NCBI GenBank assembly: GCA_964627755.1
Contig: CAZVIH010000022.1
Location: 3,431-67,430 of the forward strand
Length of the DNA stretch: 64,000 nt
Direction: 5' to 3'
From: an uncultured Anaerolineales bacterium
Lineage (GTDB): Bacteria; Chloroflexota; Anaerolineae; Anaerolineales; UBA11858
Part shown: positions 26,578 to 36,650 of the stretch, piece by piece
How positions within the stretch are numbered: position 1 is the first letter of the stretch
Layout of the letters: every line of letters starts with the position of its first letter
Position numbers and translations under genes: made by a program
The notes under the pieces: generated by a model
What the model was told of the DNA's origin: nothing
The model's database searches: none
What the model saw: only the letters and a program-made list of their open reading frames with translations

Positions 26578-27679
26578 CACTTGAAGATGAATGACTGGTG
26601 AGTGGGAATCCGTCATTGGTCTGGTTCAGCTGCCGGAAAGAATGATTAATGATAACACCCAGGGAAGAAATCACCGGGATTACGATCAGCCCCGCGATCA
26701 CTCCAAAGAGGGCCAAGGTGCTGATGATGGCGATAAATACCAGGGCAGGATGAAGACCCATGCGCCGCCCCATGATCCTGGGTATCAAGATCATGTTTTC
26801 AACTGCCTGGATGGCAATAAAGATCACACAGACCAGGACCGCAAACCAGAAATTAGAGATATCCAGATTGGCAGAACCCTGGGTCCAGGCAGTCATTCCC
26901 CCAATCAGAGTTGAGACGGTTGGACCAAATGACGGTATCATTTCCAGGAAGCCGGCCAGGATTCCGATGATCAGGGCATTGCGCAATCCCACTACCACTC
27001 CGCTGAGCCCGGAAGCGAGTCCTATGATCAGCATCATCAGAAGCTGGCCCCGCAGATAGGTTTTCCAAACCTGATCGATCTCAAGCAGCATTCCCTTGAT
27101 GGTTTCCTTAACGGAATTTGGTGCAATCAGGTAGATCCAGGAAATAAATTTTTCATGATCCAGAAGCAGGTAAAAGCAGGTTATAAAAGTGATCATGATC
27201 CAGACTGAGTTGGCTGTTGCGGATCTGATGATCAGGAACAGCCGGTTGGGGACCAGGATCTGATTGATCTCCCCTTCCAATTCTGCGATGATCTCATCCA
27301 GGGGCACATCGATATTGAGGATATTGTCCAGGAAAGGCTGCAGATTGATCAGCTCTTTTGAGATCATCTGAAAATCATTGGTCAAGATGTTGATCTGACG
27401 CACTACGATGGGGGCCGAGTATCTGGTAAGGCTGATCAGTAGGATCAGGAAGGTGATGAAAGTTATCCAGGAGGATATTTTGTAGTTGATTGGCAGTTTT
27501 TTGGCAAGAAATTTGGCCGCCGGTGTGAGCAGGTAAGCCAACAGAGCACCGACAATGAGTGAGCTGAGCACTGACCTGTATAAAAAAGCGATCCAGATTA
27601 ACACCAACCCGATCAGCAGATATAATGCCATCTGTTTGCTTAAGATGAATCTTTTATTCGTTTCTGGAGCTTCTATCAT
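26555..27679 (-). CDS. AI-2E family transporter (PerM/UPF0118)
   Basis: About 8 TM helices. Typical family length and a C-terminal motif region (FIAIISTLALFGVIAGLIVIPV). Confidence 0.75.
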   Translation of the reverse strand: MIEAPETNKRFILSKQMALYLLIGLVLIWIAFLYRSVLSSLIVGALLAYLLTPAAKFLAKKLPINYKISSWITFITFLILLISLTRYSAPIVVRQINILTNDFQMISKELINLQPFLDNILNIDVPLDEIIAELEGEINQILVPNRLFLIIRSATANSVWIMITFITCFYLLLDHEKFISWIYLIAPNSVKETIKGMLLEIDQVWKTYLRGQLLMMLIIGLASGLSGVVVGLRNALIIGILAGFLEMIPSFGPTVSTLIGGMTAWTQGSANLDISNFWFAVLVCVIFIAIQAVENMILIPRIMGRRMGLHPALVFIAIISTLALFGVIAGLIVIPVISSLGVIINHSFRQLNQTNDGFPLTSHSSSSEKPSPDK

Positions 27680-27786
27680 GTTTAGAATCCAAAATATCCT
27701 GGTATAGTTCCTTTCAGATCTGCGGGCGTGCTGATTGGTTTTGGTTTTTTTCGACCGGAGATCCTATCTTCTTAGATTTCTTGTTA

Positions 27787-28476
27787 TCACTCTGGTGTTT
27801 CCGATGGTGTTGGCTCCATTGTGGGAGTCGGGCTGGCAGATGAAACCGCAGCTGTTGAGGTAGCGCCCTCGACCACGTTGATCATCACGTAGAAACTATC
27901 CCCAAAAAAGGCTCCCGTATCATCAGTCATACGCCAATTGCTGGTATATACACCGATGGTGAGGGGTGCAGTGAGATTGATCGAAAGGTTAACTTCATCT
28001 CCCGAGTCGACGATCTTACCCAGGTTTTTTGTTTTCCCTCCCATGGCGTCCCCGCTGAAAAATCTGATCTGGTAATCTTCTTCCCAGGCACAGTCCCCGC
28101 TATTTTCAACCTGCCAGGTCTTGGTAAATATCTGTCCGGGAGCCAACTTGCTGTTATCGGGAATATTTACGTCTGAGATAAAGGTCAGGACGTTGCATGA
28201 ATTGGTCGGCAGGATCACTGGCGCTGGTGTACGTGTCACAGTTGGAGTGGCTGTTTCCGTGGGACTCGGAGAGGGCGTTATCGTTGAGGTTGCTGTAGGC
28301 TGGGCTAAAGCTGTTTGGGTCAGGCCAGCTGCAAAGGTGGCAACAGCCTGGGTTTGGATTAACACCGGGTCGAGTGTTGGTGTTGCGTTGGTCGGTTTTG
28401 AGCAGGCGCTCAAAACAATGCTGAAAATCCAAAATAGGCTCAGCAGAATGTTATTTGTTGTTCTTTTTTTATTCAT
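27787..28476 (-). CDS. Secreted lipoprotein with NBR1-like (Ig-like FW) domain
   Basis: Lipobox LSAC and P/T-rich linkers. The domain FISDVNIPDNSKLAPGQIFTKTWQVENSGDCAWEEDYQIRFFSGDAMGG...LTAPLTIGVYTSNWRMTDDTGAFFGDSFYVMINV matches the next-to-BRCA1 Ig-like pattern. An alternative GTG start lies at 28491. Confidence 0.6.
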   Translation of the reverse strand: MNKKRTTNNILLSLFWIFSIVLSACSKPTNATPTLDPVLIQTQAVATFAAGLTQTALAQPTATSTITPSPSPTETATPTVTRTPAPVILPTNSCNVLTFISDVNIPDNSKLAPGQIFTKTWQVENSGDCAWEEDYQIRFFSGDAMGGKTKNLGKIVDSGDEVNLSINLTAPLTIGVYTSNWRMTDDTGAFFGDSFYVMINVVEGATSTAAVSSASPTPTMEPTPSETPE

Positions 28477-28493
28477 AATATTTATTCTCACTT

Positions 28494-28775
28494 TTATTGA
28501 TGCGATATCGCCAGGAGCAGTTCCCGGACTTGAATGTCTCGTTGGTTCTTGTGGCGGAGGGGAAGCGTTTGATTGACAGTGTAGCGGTTTTCCCTGCCAT
28601 CCTTGCTTTTTTTTATATACCCCTCCTGTTCTAAATCCCGGATAATGCGGTAGACAGTTCTGGTTGTGATATTTAGTTGGGAGCCAATTTTACGGGCTGT
28701 AAGATTGTCCTCCCGGCCCAGCAGCGTAAGCACGGCTGCATGATTGGTGATGAATGTCCAATGGTTATTGCTCAT
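28494..28775 (-). CDS. Small winged-helix DNA-binding protein
   Basis: LTARKIGSQLNITTRTVYRIIRDLEQEGYIKKSKDGRENRYTV is an HTH plus wing. It ends 2-17 nt upstream of the lipoprotein gene, depending on which start is used. Confidence 0.6.
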   Translation of the reverse strand: MSNNHWTFITNHAAVLTLLGREDNLTARKIGSQLNITTRTVYRIIRDLEQEGYIKKSKDGRENRYTVNQTLPLRHKNQRDIQVRELLLAISHQ

Positions 28776-29002
28776 ATATTCGGCCTGTTAGGTATGATGA
28801 TTAATACATGAAATACAATACATGAAAATTGTGTCATATATTATATAATATAGAAGTTGGTTGTCAAGACGGATTTATATAGATATTTTTTATAGGCTTG
28901 GAAGCTTGATTAGAGCCAGCTGTTATTCCGCGGCTGGTAACACATCAGATATATTTCCAGTATCAAATGAGTGGAAATATTTGGAAATTATTAATGGGAT
29001 GT

Positions 29003-29668
29003 TCAGTCGCTATTTGATGGATAGACAAGGATTCTGGTCGATATCTCCCGCCCCAGGGCTATTTCTTTGCCGTTAATTTCCACGGTGAAAGGACCGTTAT
29101 AGGGTGCCTCATCGACGATCTTTAATACTGTGCCTGGCAGCATACCTCGTTCTTCCAGGTATTCACATAAGATCAGCTCCGGTTGCTCAATCCGTATGAT
29201 TACCACTTCCACTTCACAGCTGATCTCATTGAGTGGGAAGGCTGGCGGAATCTCTAGATTGCCTTCGGCGTCCGGAATAGGATGTCCATGGGGGCAGATT
29301 GTTGGGTTACCGAGAAATACTGCCAGGGCTTCTGTTACTGCAGCATCTGTGGCATGTTCCAGCCGGCAAGAAAAATCATATACCTGGGACCAGGGGATGT
29401 TAAGGTGGTCTGCCAGGAAACGCCCCCATAGTCGCTGCCGCCGGATAACGATCAAAGCCCTCTGCTGTCCTGTATCCGTCAGCTCAACCCCCTTATAGGG
29501 TGTGTGAATGATCAGATGGCCTGCTTCCAATCGTTTGACCATTTCTGTTGCAGAAACAGGGGATACTCCCATACGTTTTGCGAGCAGGGATACCGCAACT
29601 GGTTCCTTTCCATCGGCAATTTCATAAATCGATTTTAAGTACATTTCCCTACTTTCAGATTCTGGCAT
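29003..29668 (-). CDS. DtxR/MntR/IdeR-family metal-dependent transcriptional regulator with C-terminal SH3-like (FeoA-type) domain
   Basis: Motifs MYLKSIYEI, VSPVSATEMVKRLE, IVIRRQRLWGRFLADHL, EHATD and CPHGHPIP. Confidence 0.85.
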   Translation of the reverse strand: MPESESREMYLKSIYEIADGKEPVAVSLLAKRMGVSPVSATEMVKRLEAGHLIIHTPYKGVELTDTGQQRALIVIRRQRLWGRFLADHLNIPWSQVYDFSCRLEHATDAAVTEALAVFLGNPTICPHGHPIPDAEGNLEIPPAFPLNEISCEVEVVIIRIEQPELILCEYLEERGMLPGTVLKIVDEAPYNGPFTVEINGKEIALGREISTRILVYPSNSD

Positions 29669-29870
29669 GGTTATCCTTTTTTTTATCTAATTCGTATCTC
29701 TTGATTATAATCTTGAAACATCCATTTATTTTAGGACTGCCATCAACTTGAAGTTTTAGTATCTTTAGAGTCGATTAATTGGCTTTCCTATTAATGGTGA
29801 TTTGCCAGATTATCAGGGTCTGACAGTCTGGTATGATTTGAGTGGAGTTGTTCCATATTCAGAAATAAAT

Positions 29871-32441
29871 ATGAAAAAAGTATCCTTTTCCCTGCTGATC
29901 TGTCTGGTGCTGTTCCTGGTTCTTCCGGTTTCAGCGCTGGCTCATCCGGCGGATATGTACTATCACACCCATACGATCATACTTTCTCCGGATGGCATCT
30001 CTATTACCTGGCAGATTATGCCGGGACCGATGATCGCCCAGAGCATCTGGTTTGATGTGGATAAAAATCAGGATGATCTGGTTTCAGATGCAGAAGCGGT
30101 GAACTGGGTGAATTCAATATTAATGACATTCAGTGTTGAGATGAACCAGGATCCCCTCCCGCTGGAATTGGAATCCGTCGATTGGCCTTCAACCGTGGAT
30201 ACTTTATTCGATGGTTCAGAACCGATCATCATCCACTTGTTTGCTGAGTGGACAGAAGAGATCCGGGAAGATACCTGGATAGCTCTTCATAACCGCTACA
30301 ATCCTAAAAGCAGCTTGAGCTGGTTTGAGATCCAGGCGGAGGGGGGGCTCAGTTTTGAAATTCCAAACCAGAACGGCGGCAATTTGGACATACTTCTTGG
30401 CTTTTCCCAGGGGGATAGCACATCTACCCGCCTGACTGGTTGGGAAAGCGGTTCCCCGTCCATTCCTTGGGTGGTGGAATCCGTTGGTCTGGGCGAACTG
30501 GCTGAAGAAGCTGCAGCAGAATCTCAAACGTCTCCAGCAGCTGGTTCTGGACCGGCATCTATTCTGGAAGGTTTGATCAAAAAACAGGATGGGTCCTTCA
30601 CCTTTATCCTGAGCGCCTTGTTCCTGGCAGCTCTACTGGGTGCTCTGCATGCTCTTAGCCCAGGACATGGGAAAACGATTGTAGCGGCTTACCTGGTTGG
30701 CTCGCAGGGAACAGTCCTCCATGCTATCGCCCTGGGTGGGATTGTCACCCTGACACATACAGGTTCGGTTTTTATATTAGGTATATTGACCTTAACCGCA
30801 TCCCGCTATTTCCTGGCAGCTGATGTTTTCCCTGTTTTGGAATTGACCTCGGGGTTATTGATATTCTTGCTTGGGATGGGATTACTCTATCCTCGTTTGA
30901 GGCTCTGGTTCCGATATTATCAGCAAAAACGCAAAATAATGAAAGTTGAGGTAGATTCGGGAGCAAAGGCGCCGGGTGGGGAAAAACGTCTGCTGATCAG
31001 CCAGCCCATTGATGAAATTGGACCGGCTCATAGTCACGATTCTTCCGATCTGGGCTCCATCCCACGAGGACCAATCCCGGGAAGCCCTTTGGAGAATATT
31101 CGCTGGCGTAATTTAATACCGCTGGCGATCAGCGGAGGACTGGTACCTTGTCCGGACGCGATCGCTATTCTTCTGGTGGCAGCTGCAATCAATCGGATCG
31201 TTTTTGGGTTGAGTTTGATAGTCTCTTTCAGTTTTGGTTTGGCTGTTATTTTAATTGCCATAGGCTTGTTGATCGTGCAGGGAAAAGAGCTTTTTAAGCG
31301 GCTGCAGTGGTTTAGCAAAGCAGCTTTGGTCATGCCGATCGTCAGCGCCTTGATAGTTTTAGCTGCTGGGGCCTGGTTGTCAGTTGGAGCTCTTCAAAAT
31401 TTCTCTGAATTTTCCGTTTCAGTGTTTACAAATGAAGAGACACCTCAATTTAGTTTAAGAGAAACCGACGTCCTCTATACTGCCCTGGATGAAAACGATC
31501 AGTCCCAGCTGTTGATGCTCTCTGCGGGTGGGGGAACCCCGCTTGTTATCTCAGAAGGAGTCAATGTCTGGTACTTTGCAGTTGCGCCAGATCATAACAA
31601 GGTAGTTTATGTGGGGGGCAATCAATATAATGGATCTGAATTATGGATCTGGGATCGGGAAACATCCCAGAATGAATTACTTCTGGAGTGTGCTGATGCC
31701 TACTGCTCAGAGATTTCCTGGTCGCCTGATGGACAGGGGTTCCTATACAGCCGGCTGGAATTTGACCCGGAGAACAATCCTGCCAATGTGCAGTCCATCT
31801 GGTGGCTGGACCTGGATACCGGCGAATCAGCGCCTCTCTTCCAGGATGCTTTAACTCCTGGTTTCAGCGCTCGCTGGTCACCGGATGGAAAATGGCTCAG
31901 TTATACTTCCATCAACCCCCTGGAAATCAAGATCTACCAAATGGAGAATGGAGAAAGTCAGATCCTGCCCAACGCCCTGGGTTATCCAGCGGTTTGGTCC
32001 CCAGATAGCAAGACCGTGATCCTGCAGGATCTGGAATTGGTGGATAGCGGTTATTTGAACAAACTGTTTTCCTATTCTGTGGAGGAGGATTGGCTGACAA
32101 TGCTGGCCTTTGACCAGATGTATGATGAATCCTACCCTGCCTGGTCTCCGGACGGGGAGTGGCTAGCTGTAGTGCGCCGGGCCTGGGTGGATGATATTCC
32201 GGAAGAGGGCAACCAACTCTGGGTGATGCGTCCCGATGGTACAGAAGCAACCCAGTACACTGACGAAGAGAAACATACCTTTGGACAACCATCCTGGTCA
32301 TCGGATAGCCGCTACCTGGTATTCGATTACCGTGCGGTAGTGGATGGGAAGATAAACACAGGAATTAAGGTGCTTGATCTTAAATCTGGCCGGATCTCTG
32401 ATCTGGTAACAACTGGCAGCCATCCGGCTTGGTTAGAATAG
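29871..32441 (+). CDS. Fusion protein: periplasmic N-domain, NicO/RcnA-like metal transporter core, C-terminal TolB-like beta-propeller
   Basis: ATG at 29871 with a signal peptide. Transporter motifs LHALSPGHGKT and GGLVPCPDAIAIL, with a His/Asp loop PAHSHDSSD. C-terminal repeats WSPDGQGFLYS, WSPDGKWLSYT, WSPDSKTVI, WSPDGEWLAVV and WSSDSRYLVF. Confidence 0.65.
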   Translation: MKKVSFSLLICLVLFLVLPVSALAHPADMYYHTHTIILSPDGISITWQIMPGPMIAQSIWFDVDKNQDDLVSDAEAVNWVNSILMTFSVEMNQDPLPLELESVDWPSTVDTLFDGSEPIIIHLFAEWTEEIREDTWIALHNRYNPKSSLSWFEIQAEGGLSFEIPNQNGGNLDILLGFSQGDSTSTRLTGWESGSPSIPWVVESVGLGELAEEAAAESQTSPAAGSGPASILEGLIKKQDGSFTFILSALFLAALLGALHALSPGHGKTIVAAYLVGSQGTVLHAIALGGIVTLTHTGSVFILGILTLTASRYFLAADVFPVLELTSGLLIFLLGMGLLYPRLRLWFRYYQQKRKIMKVEVDSGAKAPGGEKRLLISQPIDEIGPAHSHDSSDLGSIPRGPIPGSPLENIRWRNLIPLAISGGLVPCPDAIAILLVAAAINRIVFGLSLIVSFSFGLAVILIAIGLLIVQGKELFKRLQWFSKAALVMPIVSALIVLAAGAWLSVGALQNFSEFSVSVFTNEETPQFSLRETDVLYTALDENDQSQLLMLSAGGGTPLVISEGVNVWYFAVAPDHNKVVYVGGNQYNGSELWIWDRETSQNELLLECADAYCSEISWSPDGQGFLYSRLEFDPENNPANVQSIWWLDLDTGESAPLFQDALTPGFSARWSPDGKWLSYTSINPLEIKIYQMENGESQILPNALGYPAVWSPDSKTVILQDLELVDSGYLNKLFSYSVEEDWLTMLAFDQMYDESYPAWSPDGEWLAVVRRAWVDDIPEEGNQLWVMRPDGTEATQYTDEEKHTFGQPSWSSDSRYLVFDYRAVVDGKINTGIKVLDLKSGRISDLVTTGSHPAWLE

Positions 32442-32576
32442 ATTATATAATTTCGAATCCGGTTACAGGGATGGAGTTGTTTTTAATGACCATAAGGGAC
32501 TGATTACTTCGGAAAGAACTCAGTTCAAATAAAAATAGTTTGTGAAGCTTGGCACATAAAATATTTTATGGTATAC

Positions 32577-32594
32577 CTTATAAATAATTATAAG
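32577..32594. promoter_or_regulatory. AT-rich palindrome upstream of feoA (candidate metalloregulator operator)
   Basis: CTTATAA-ATAA-TTATAAG, 30 nt upstream of the ATG at 32625. Confidence 0.3.
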
Positions 32595-32624
32595 ACTCGT
32601 TTAGTAAAATAAACCAGAAGTTGG

Positions 32625-33140
32625 ATGAAGGGATATATGCTTGTTACCACTCTAGATAAGTTGGTCCCGGGAGAATCGGGCAGGATTATAAAAGTAAGCG
32701 GTAGAGGTGCTATTCGGCGCCGGCTCATGGATATGGGTTTGACAAGCGGAGCGGTGATTAATATGGTTAAGGAATCTCCCCTGGGCGATCCGGTTGAGTA
32801 CAGGCTGCGGGGGTATCATCTCTCCCTTAGAAAATCTGAAGCGAAGACCATTGAAGTGGAACTGTTAGGGAGTTCGCTTCCAATGAGAGGAAGGAGACAT
32901 TATTCTGGATCAGCCCTGACATTGGTGAATTGCAGATCAGGTGAGAAAGTTGAGATTACCAGGACCAGAGGGGGAAAAGGACTTAACAGAAAACTTGAGA
33001 TCCTTGATTTGAAACCCGGTTGTAAGATCTGTATTATCAAGAATGATTTCCCGGGTCCCTTGATTATTTCTATAAACGACAAAGAAAGGTTGGTTCTTGG
33101 CAGAGGTATAGCTAGGCATGTCTTGGTAAAACCTTCCTGA
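32625..33140 (+). CDS. feoA: Tandem FeoA-domain protein
   Basis: Two FeoA/SH3-like units (LVPGESGRIIKV...RRRLMDMGLTSGAVI, and CRSGEKVEITR...NRKLEILDLKPGCKI). Confidence 0.8.
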   Translation: MKGYMLVTTLDKLVPGESGRIIKVSGRGAIRRRLMDMGLTSGAVINMVKESPLGDPVEYRLRGYHLSLRKSEAKTIEVELLGSSLPMRGRRHYSGSALTLVNCRSGEKVEITRTRGGKGLNRKLEILDLKPGCKICIIKNDFPGPLIISINDKERLVLGRGIARHVLVKPS

Positions 33141-33164
33141 CCGAGCCTGGAGAATAATATTATT

Positions 33165-35420
33165 ATGACTAAAACCATCGCTCTGGCAGGCAATCCTAAT
33201 GTTGGGAAAAGCACTCTTTTTAATGCTTTAACTGGCTCCCACCAGCATGTCGGCAATTGGCCGGGAAAGACTGTCGAGAAAAAAGATGGCTATTTGCGGA
33301 TTGGAGAACAGGAAATCCTGGTTGTGGATCTGCCTGGAACTTACAGCCTGACAGCCTATTCGATCGAAGAGATCATCACTCGCGATTTTATTATCAATGA
33401 AAAACCTAACGCTGTGATTGCGGTTGTAAATGCCGCTAACTTGGATCGGAATCTTTATTTGGTAACTCAACTGATAGATCTGGATATCCCGGTCATTGTT
33501 GCGTTAAATATGACTGACGTCGCCAGAAGGCGGGGTTTGGCTATCTCATTAAAAGGATTATCAGAACGACTGGGTGGCATCCCTGTTGTGGAGACAGTGG
33601 GAAACCGCAAGGAAGGCTTAGAGGATCTAATTAATGCCATAACTATGGTCTTGAAATTTCCTCATACCGGGAATATTCAAACAAGCTTCAGTGGGGTCAT
33701 AAAAGAAGAGATTGAGAACCTGAGGGCTGAGATAGAAGACCAGGAATTTCTCAGAGAATCTTACCGGGCAGGTTGGCTGGCAACCAAGCTACTTGAAAAT
33801 GATCAGGGTGTAATTAATAATTTGGAATCCCTGAAAGCAACGGAATTACTGGAGTCAGCTCGGCATGCCCGAAGACGAATAGAAACTCAAACTGGAGAGG
33901 ATCCAGAGATCCTAATTGCTGATCAACGCTACCAATTTGTGGACCAGGTAATAGATTCTGCGGTGGAGCGCCCCCGGGAAAGAATAATAACCCGTTCGGA
34001 GATGATCGATAATATTGTCACTCACAGGATCTGGGGTCTGCCGATCTTTATGTTATTGATGTGGTTTGTTTTCCAGTTTACATCCAATGTCAGCGGTCCG
34101 TTCCTTGACTGGGTGGATCTTTTTATTAACGAATTCATTTTCAAGTGGACTGTAAGAGCCCTGGGGCTTATGGGGTTGGGCAATTCCTGGGTCAGCTCCT
34201 TGATCACAGATGGTGTGATTGCCGGTGTTGGCGGAGTATTGGTTTTTGTGCCTGTTCTGCTTTTCCTTTATCTGGCCCTTAGTATCATGGAGGATTCAGG
34301 TTATATGTCCCGGGCTGCTTTTGTGATGGATCGGGTCATGCGCTGGATGGGCTTGCACGGGAAAAGTTTCCTGCCTATGATCATCGGATTTGGCTGCACA
34401 GTCCCGGCAGTTTATGCCACCAGGACCCTGGAGAATGAAAAAGACCGAAAATTAACAGCTTTCCTGGCTACCTTCATGAGCTGCGGAGCCCGCCTTCCAG
34501 TATATGTCGTATTTGGGGCTGCTTTTTTTGGGGCAGCATCAGGAACTCTGGTATTTGCCATGTATTTACTGGGTATTGTTGTAGCCCTGATCACTGGCTT
34601 TGTGATGAAAAATACCGTTTATAAAAGCCAACCCCCTGCGCCTTTTGTAATGGAGCTGCCTCCCTACCGAATTCCCCGTCCCAAAGATGTTTGGCACCAG
34701 ATGTGGGAGCGCACACATGGCTTTCTAGTGAAATCGGGTACGGTAATCCTGGGAGTTTCTGTGGCCCTTTGGTTGTTAATGGCTATCCCTGCTCACCAAG
34801 ACACGGGGCTATTTAACCAGGTTCAGGCGAGAGACAGCCTTTTTGGCCGCATTAGCGGCCTTGTTGCCCCAATATTTAAACCGGCAGGATTTGGATCATG
34901 GCAGACAACTGGTTCGCTAGTGACAGGTATTCTGGCGAAGGAAGTGATCATCAGCACCATGAGCCAGATATATGCCGAGGAAAGCATACCTCCCGGGGAA
35001 ATAACCTCTTCATTCGGAGAAGACTTGGTTTCGGTGGGAAAAGGTTTTGGACAGGCTGCTCTGCTGACAATCCAGGAAACCATTAATATCATTCCCCGCA
35101 CTATTAATTTGATCCCGTTTATGGATCTGGGAGAACTGGATTTCTTTCCTGCGGAGAGTGCGATTGTGGATTACACACGTTTAGAAGGGTCATTGCTGAC
35201 GGCTTTTACCAGGTCTGCTGGCTCTCCAGATGCTGGTTCCATAGCCGCGGTTTCATTTAATGTCTTCGTTTTGCTATATATCCCCTGCGTTTCAGCTATT
35301 TCAGCCATGCGCCAGGAATTTGGACGGCGCTGGATGTGGGCCCAGATCTCCTACACCTTTGTAATTGCCTGGGCGGCAGCTGTAGTGGTATTCCAAATGG
35401 GTAAGTTGATATTCCTCTAG
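33165..35420 (+). CDS. feoB: Ferrous iron transporter FeoB
   Basis: N-terminal G-domain IALAGNPNVGKSTLFNALTG, DLPGTYSL and NMTD, followed by a polytopic membrane domain. 751 aa. Confidence 0.95.
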   Translation: MTKTIALAGNPNVGKSTLFNALTGSHQHVGNWPGKTVEKKDGYLRIGEQEILVVDLPGTYSLTAYSIEEIITRDFIINEKPNAVIAVVNAANLDRNLYLVTQLIDLDIPVIVALNMTDVARRRGLAISLKGLSERLGGIPVVETVGNRKEGLEDLINAITMVLKFPHTGNIQTSFSGVIKEEIENLRAEIEDQEFLRESYRAGWLATKLLENDQGVINNLESLKATELLESARHARRRIETQTGEDPEILIADQRYQFVDQVIDSAVERPRERIITRSEMIDNIVTHRIWGLPIFMLLMWFVFQFTSNVSGPFLDWVDLFINEFIFKWTVRALGLMGLGNSWVSSLITDGVIAGVGGVLVFVPVLLFLYLALSIMEDSGYMSRAAFVMDRVMRWMGLHGKSFLPMIIGFGCTVPAVYATRTLENEKDRKLTAFLATFMSCGARLPVYVVFGAAFFGAASGTLVFAMYLLGIVVALITGFVMKNTVYKSQPPAPFVMELPPYRIPRPKDVWHQMWERTHGFLVKSGTVILGVSVALWLLMAIPAHQDTGLFNQVQARDSLFGRISGLVAPIFKPAGFGSWQTTGSLVTGILAKEVIISTMSQIYAEESIPPGEITSSFGEDLVSVGKGFGQAALLTIQETINIIPRTINLIPFMDLGELDFFPAESAIVDYTRLEGSLLTAFTRSAGSPDAGSIAAVSFNVFVLLYIPCVSAISAMRQEFGRRWMWAQISYTFVIAWAAAVVVFQMGKLIFL

Positions 35421-35430
35421 AGAGATTTTT

Positions 35431-35727
35431 ATGACAAAAAGTATATTAGGCAATCTGCTGACCATCATTGAAGAGTCTTCTGGAGCTTATTCTATCCAGA
35501 CCCTGGCAAGGGAGCTGGATGTATCTCCGGAGCGGGTGGAGAGCATGCTGGAATACTGGATTCGGAAGGGAAAGATTGAATCTTCGACCAATCTAACTGA
35601 GTGTGGAAGTTGTTCATCCCAGGGAGATTGCCCCTTTGTGCTGGAAATGCCCCGAACCTATGAACTGGTGACCGACCAGTACCATCTATCTGATCCGGAT
35701 CATCAGATCTTTTGCACTCACCATTAG
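35431..35727 (+). CDS. feoC: FeoC-like winged-helix protein with Cys cluster
   Basis: Lies immediately after feoB. Contains a winged-helix segment and CGSCSSQGDCPF. Confidence 0.55.
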   Translation: MTKSILGNLLTIIEESSGAYSIQTLARELDVSPERVESMLEYWIRKGKIESSTNLTECGSCSSQGDCPFVLEMPRTYELVTDQYHLSDPDHQIFCTHH

Positions 35728-35792
35728 AGTTATCCTGAATATCAAAAACCACCTTCTTTCTGAAGGCGGTTTTTGATATTCAGCGGGGAGAA

Positions 35793-36650
35793 TTAGTTGG
35801 GTTCAGTTTGATAGATTTTCAAATACCCAAAATGCACCAGCTGGCGTTTTTTTTCATCCCAGAGCCGGAAGGTCAGAGTTTTAAAACTTGCCCAGAGGTT
35901 TATGGGCTTTACTTGGAAAATCGGGTTTTCCCGGTAACATTTCTCGAGCAGGTAGTTGGGTATCCGAGGACTGAGTTGGTGGATGTGATGGAATCCGATC
36001 TTGCCTGAAAACCACTGCATGACCTTCGGTAATTGATAAAAGGAACTACCTTCCAATCCGGCTTTAACGAAGTCCCATTCCTGGGCTCGCTCCCAATAGA
36101 CTCCCTCAAATTGATGCCGGACAAATAACATCCAAACACCGACGGTGGAAGCTACCCAGATCACAGGAAATTGAATAAGTATGAAATTTTAAAAACCAAT
36201 CACCCAACTCATGAGGATAATTAGAATGGCCAGAGCCAGGTTAGTCCAATGAATACTGTTTTGTTCTCGTTTTCTAAAAGATTTATTGGGTATACGGCTT
36301 AGGATCAGGAATGTCAATAGGGGTCCTACACCAAATATGATCAGAGGATGGCGGTGTACACGATAAAAAAGCTGTTTCCACCAGGGTGCTTCCAGGAATT
36401 CTTCCACAGTCATGGTCCAGACATCATTTACACCAAGTTTATCGAGGAGGGAGGCTGTGACATGGTGTACGGCATGGCTTTGCCGCCATTGGATAAAAAG
36501 TGTGAATACCAGTACACCAAGGATGGATCCCACCCAGTGGTTTGCTTTGGCGTTTTTGAAAAATGACCAGTGGCCGCAGTCGTGGAATATGATGAATAAC
36601 CGGGCCACCAATATTGATAAGATCACACCTATCCCAGGTTGACCAGACAA
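35793..36650 (-). pseudogene. Membrane fatty-acid desaturase, N-terminally truncated and interrupted by an in-frame TAA
   Basis: His boxes HDCGH, HAVHH and HHIHQ. ORFs 36189..36650 and 35793..36164 share one frame, separated by a TAA (36189-36191) plus 8 sense codons (NFILIQFP). The usual roughly 50-aa N-terminal TM region is missing. Confidence 0.7.

Noticed and set aside
29669-29870. A NiCo, cobalamin or other riboswitch in the leader of the NicO-fusion gene.
   Set aside because: The region is AT-rich with no extended GC-paired helices or conserved riboswitch cores that I can recognise. Protein-mediated (DtxR-type) control is more plausible.
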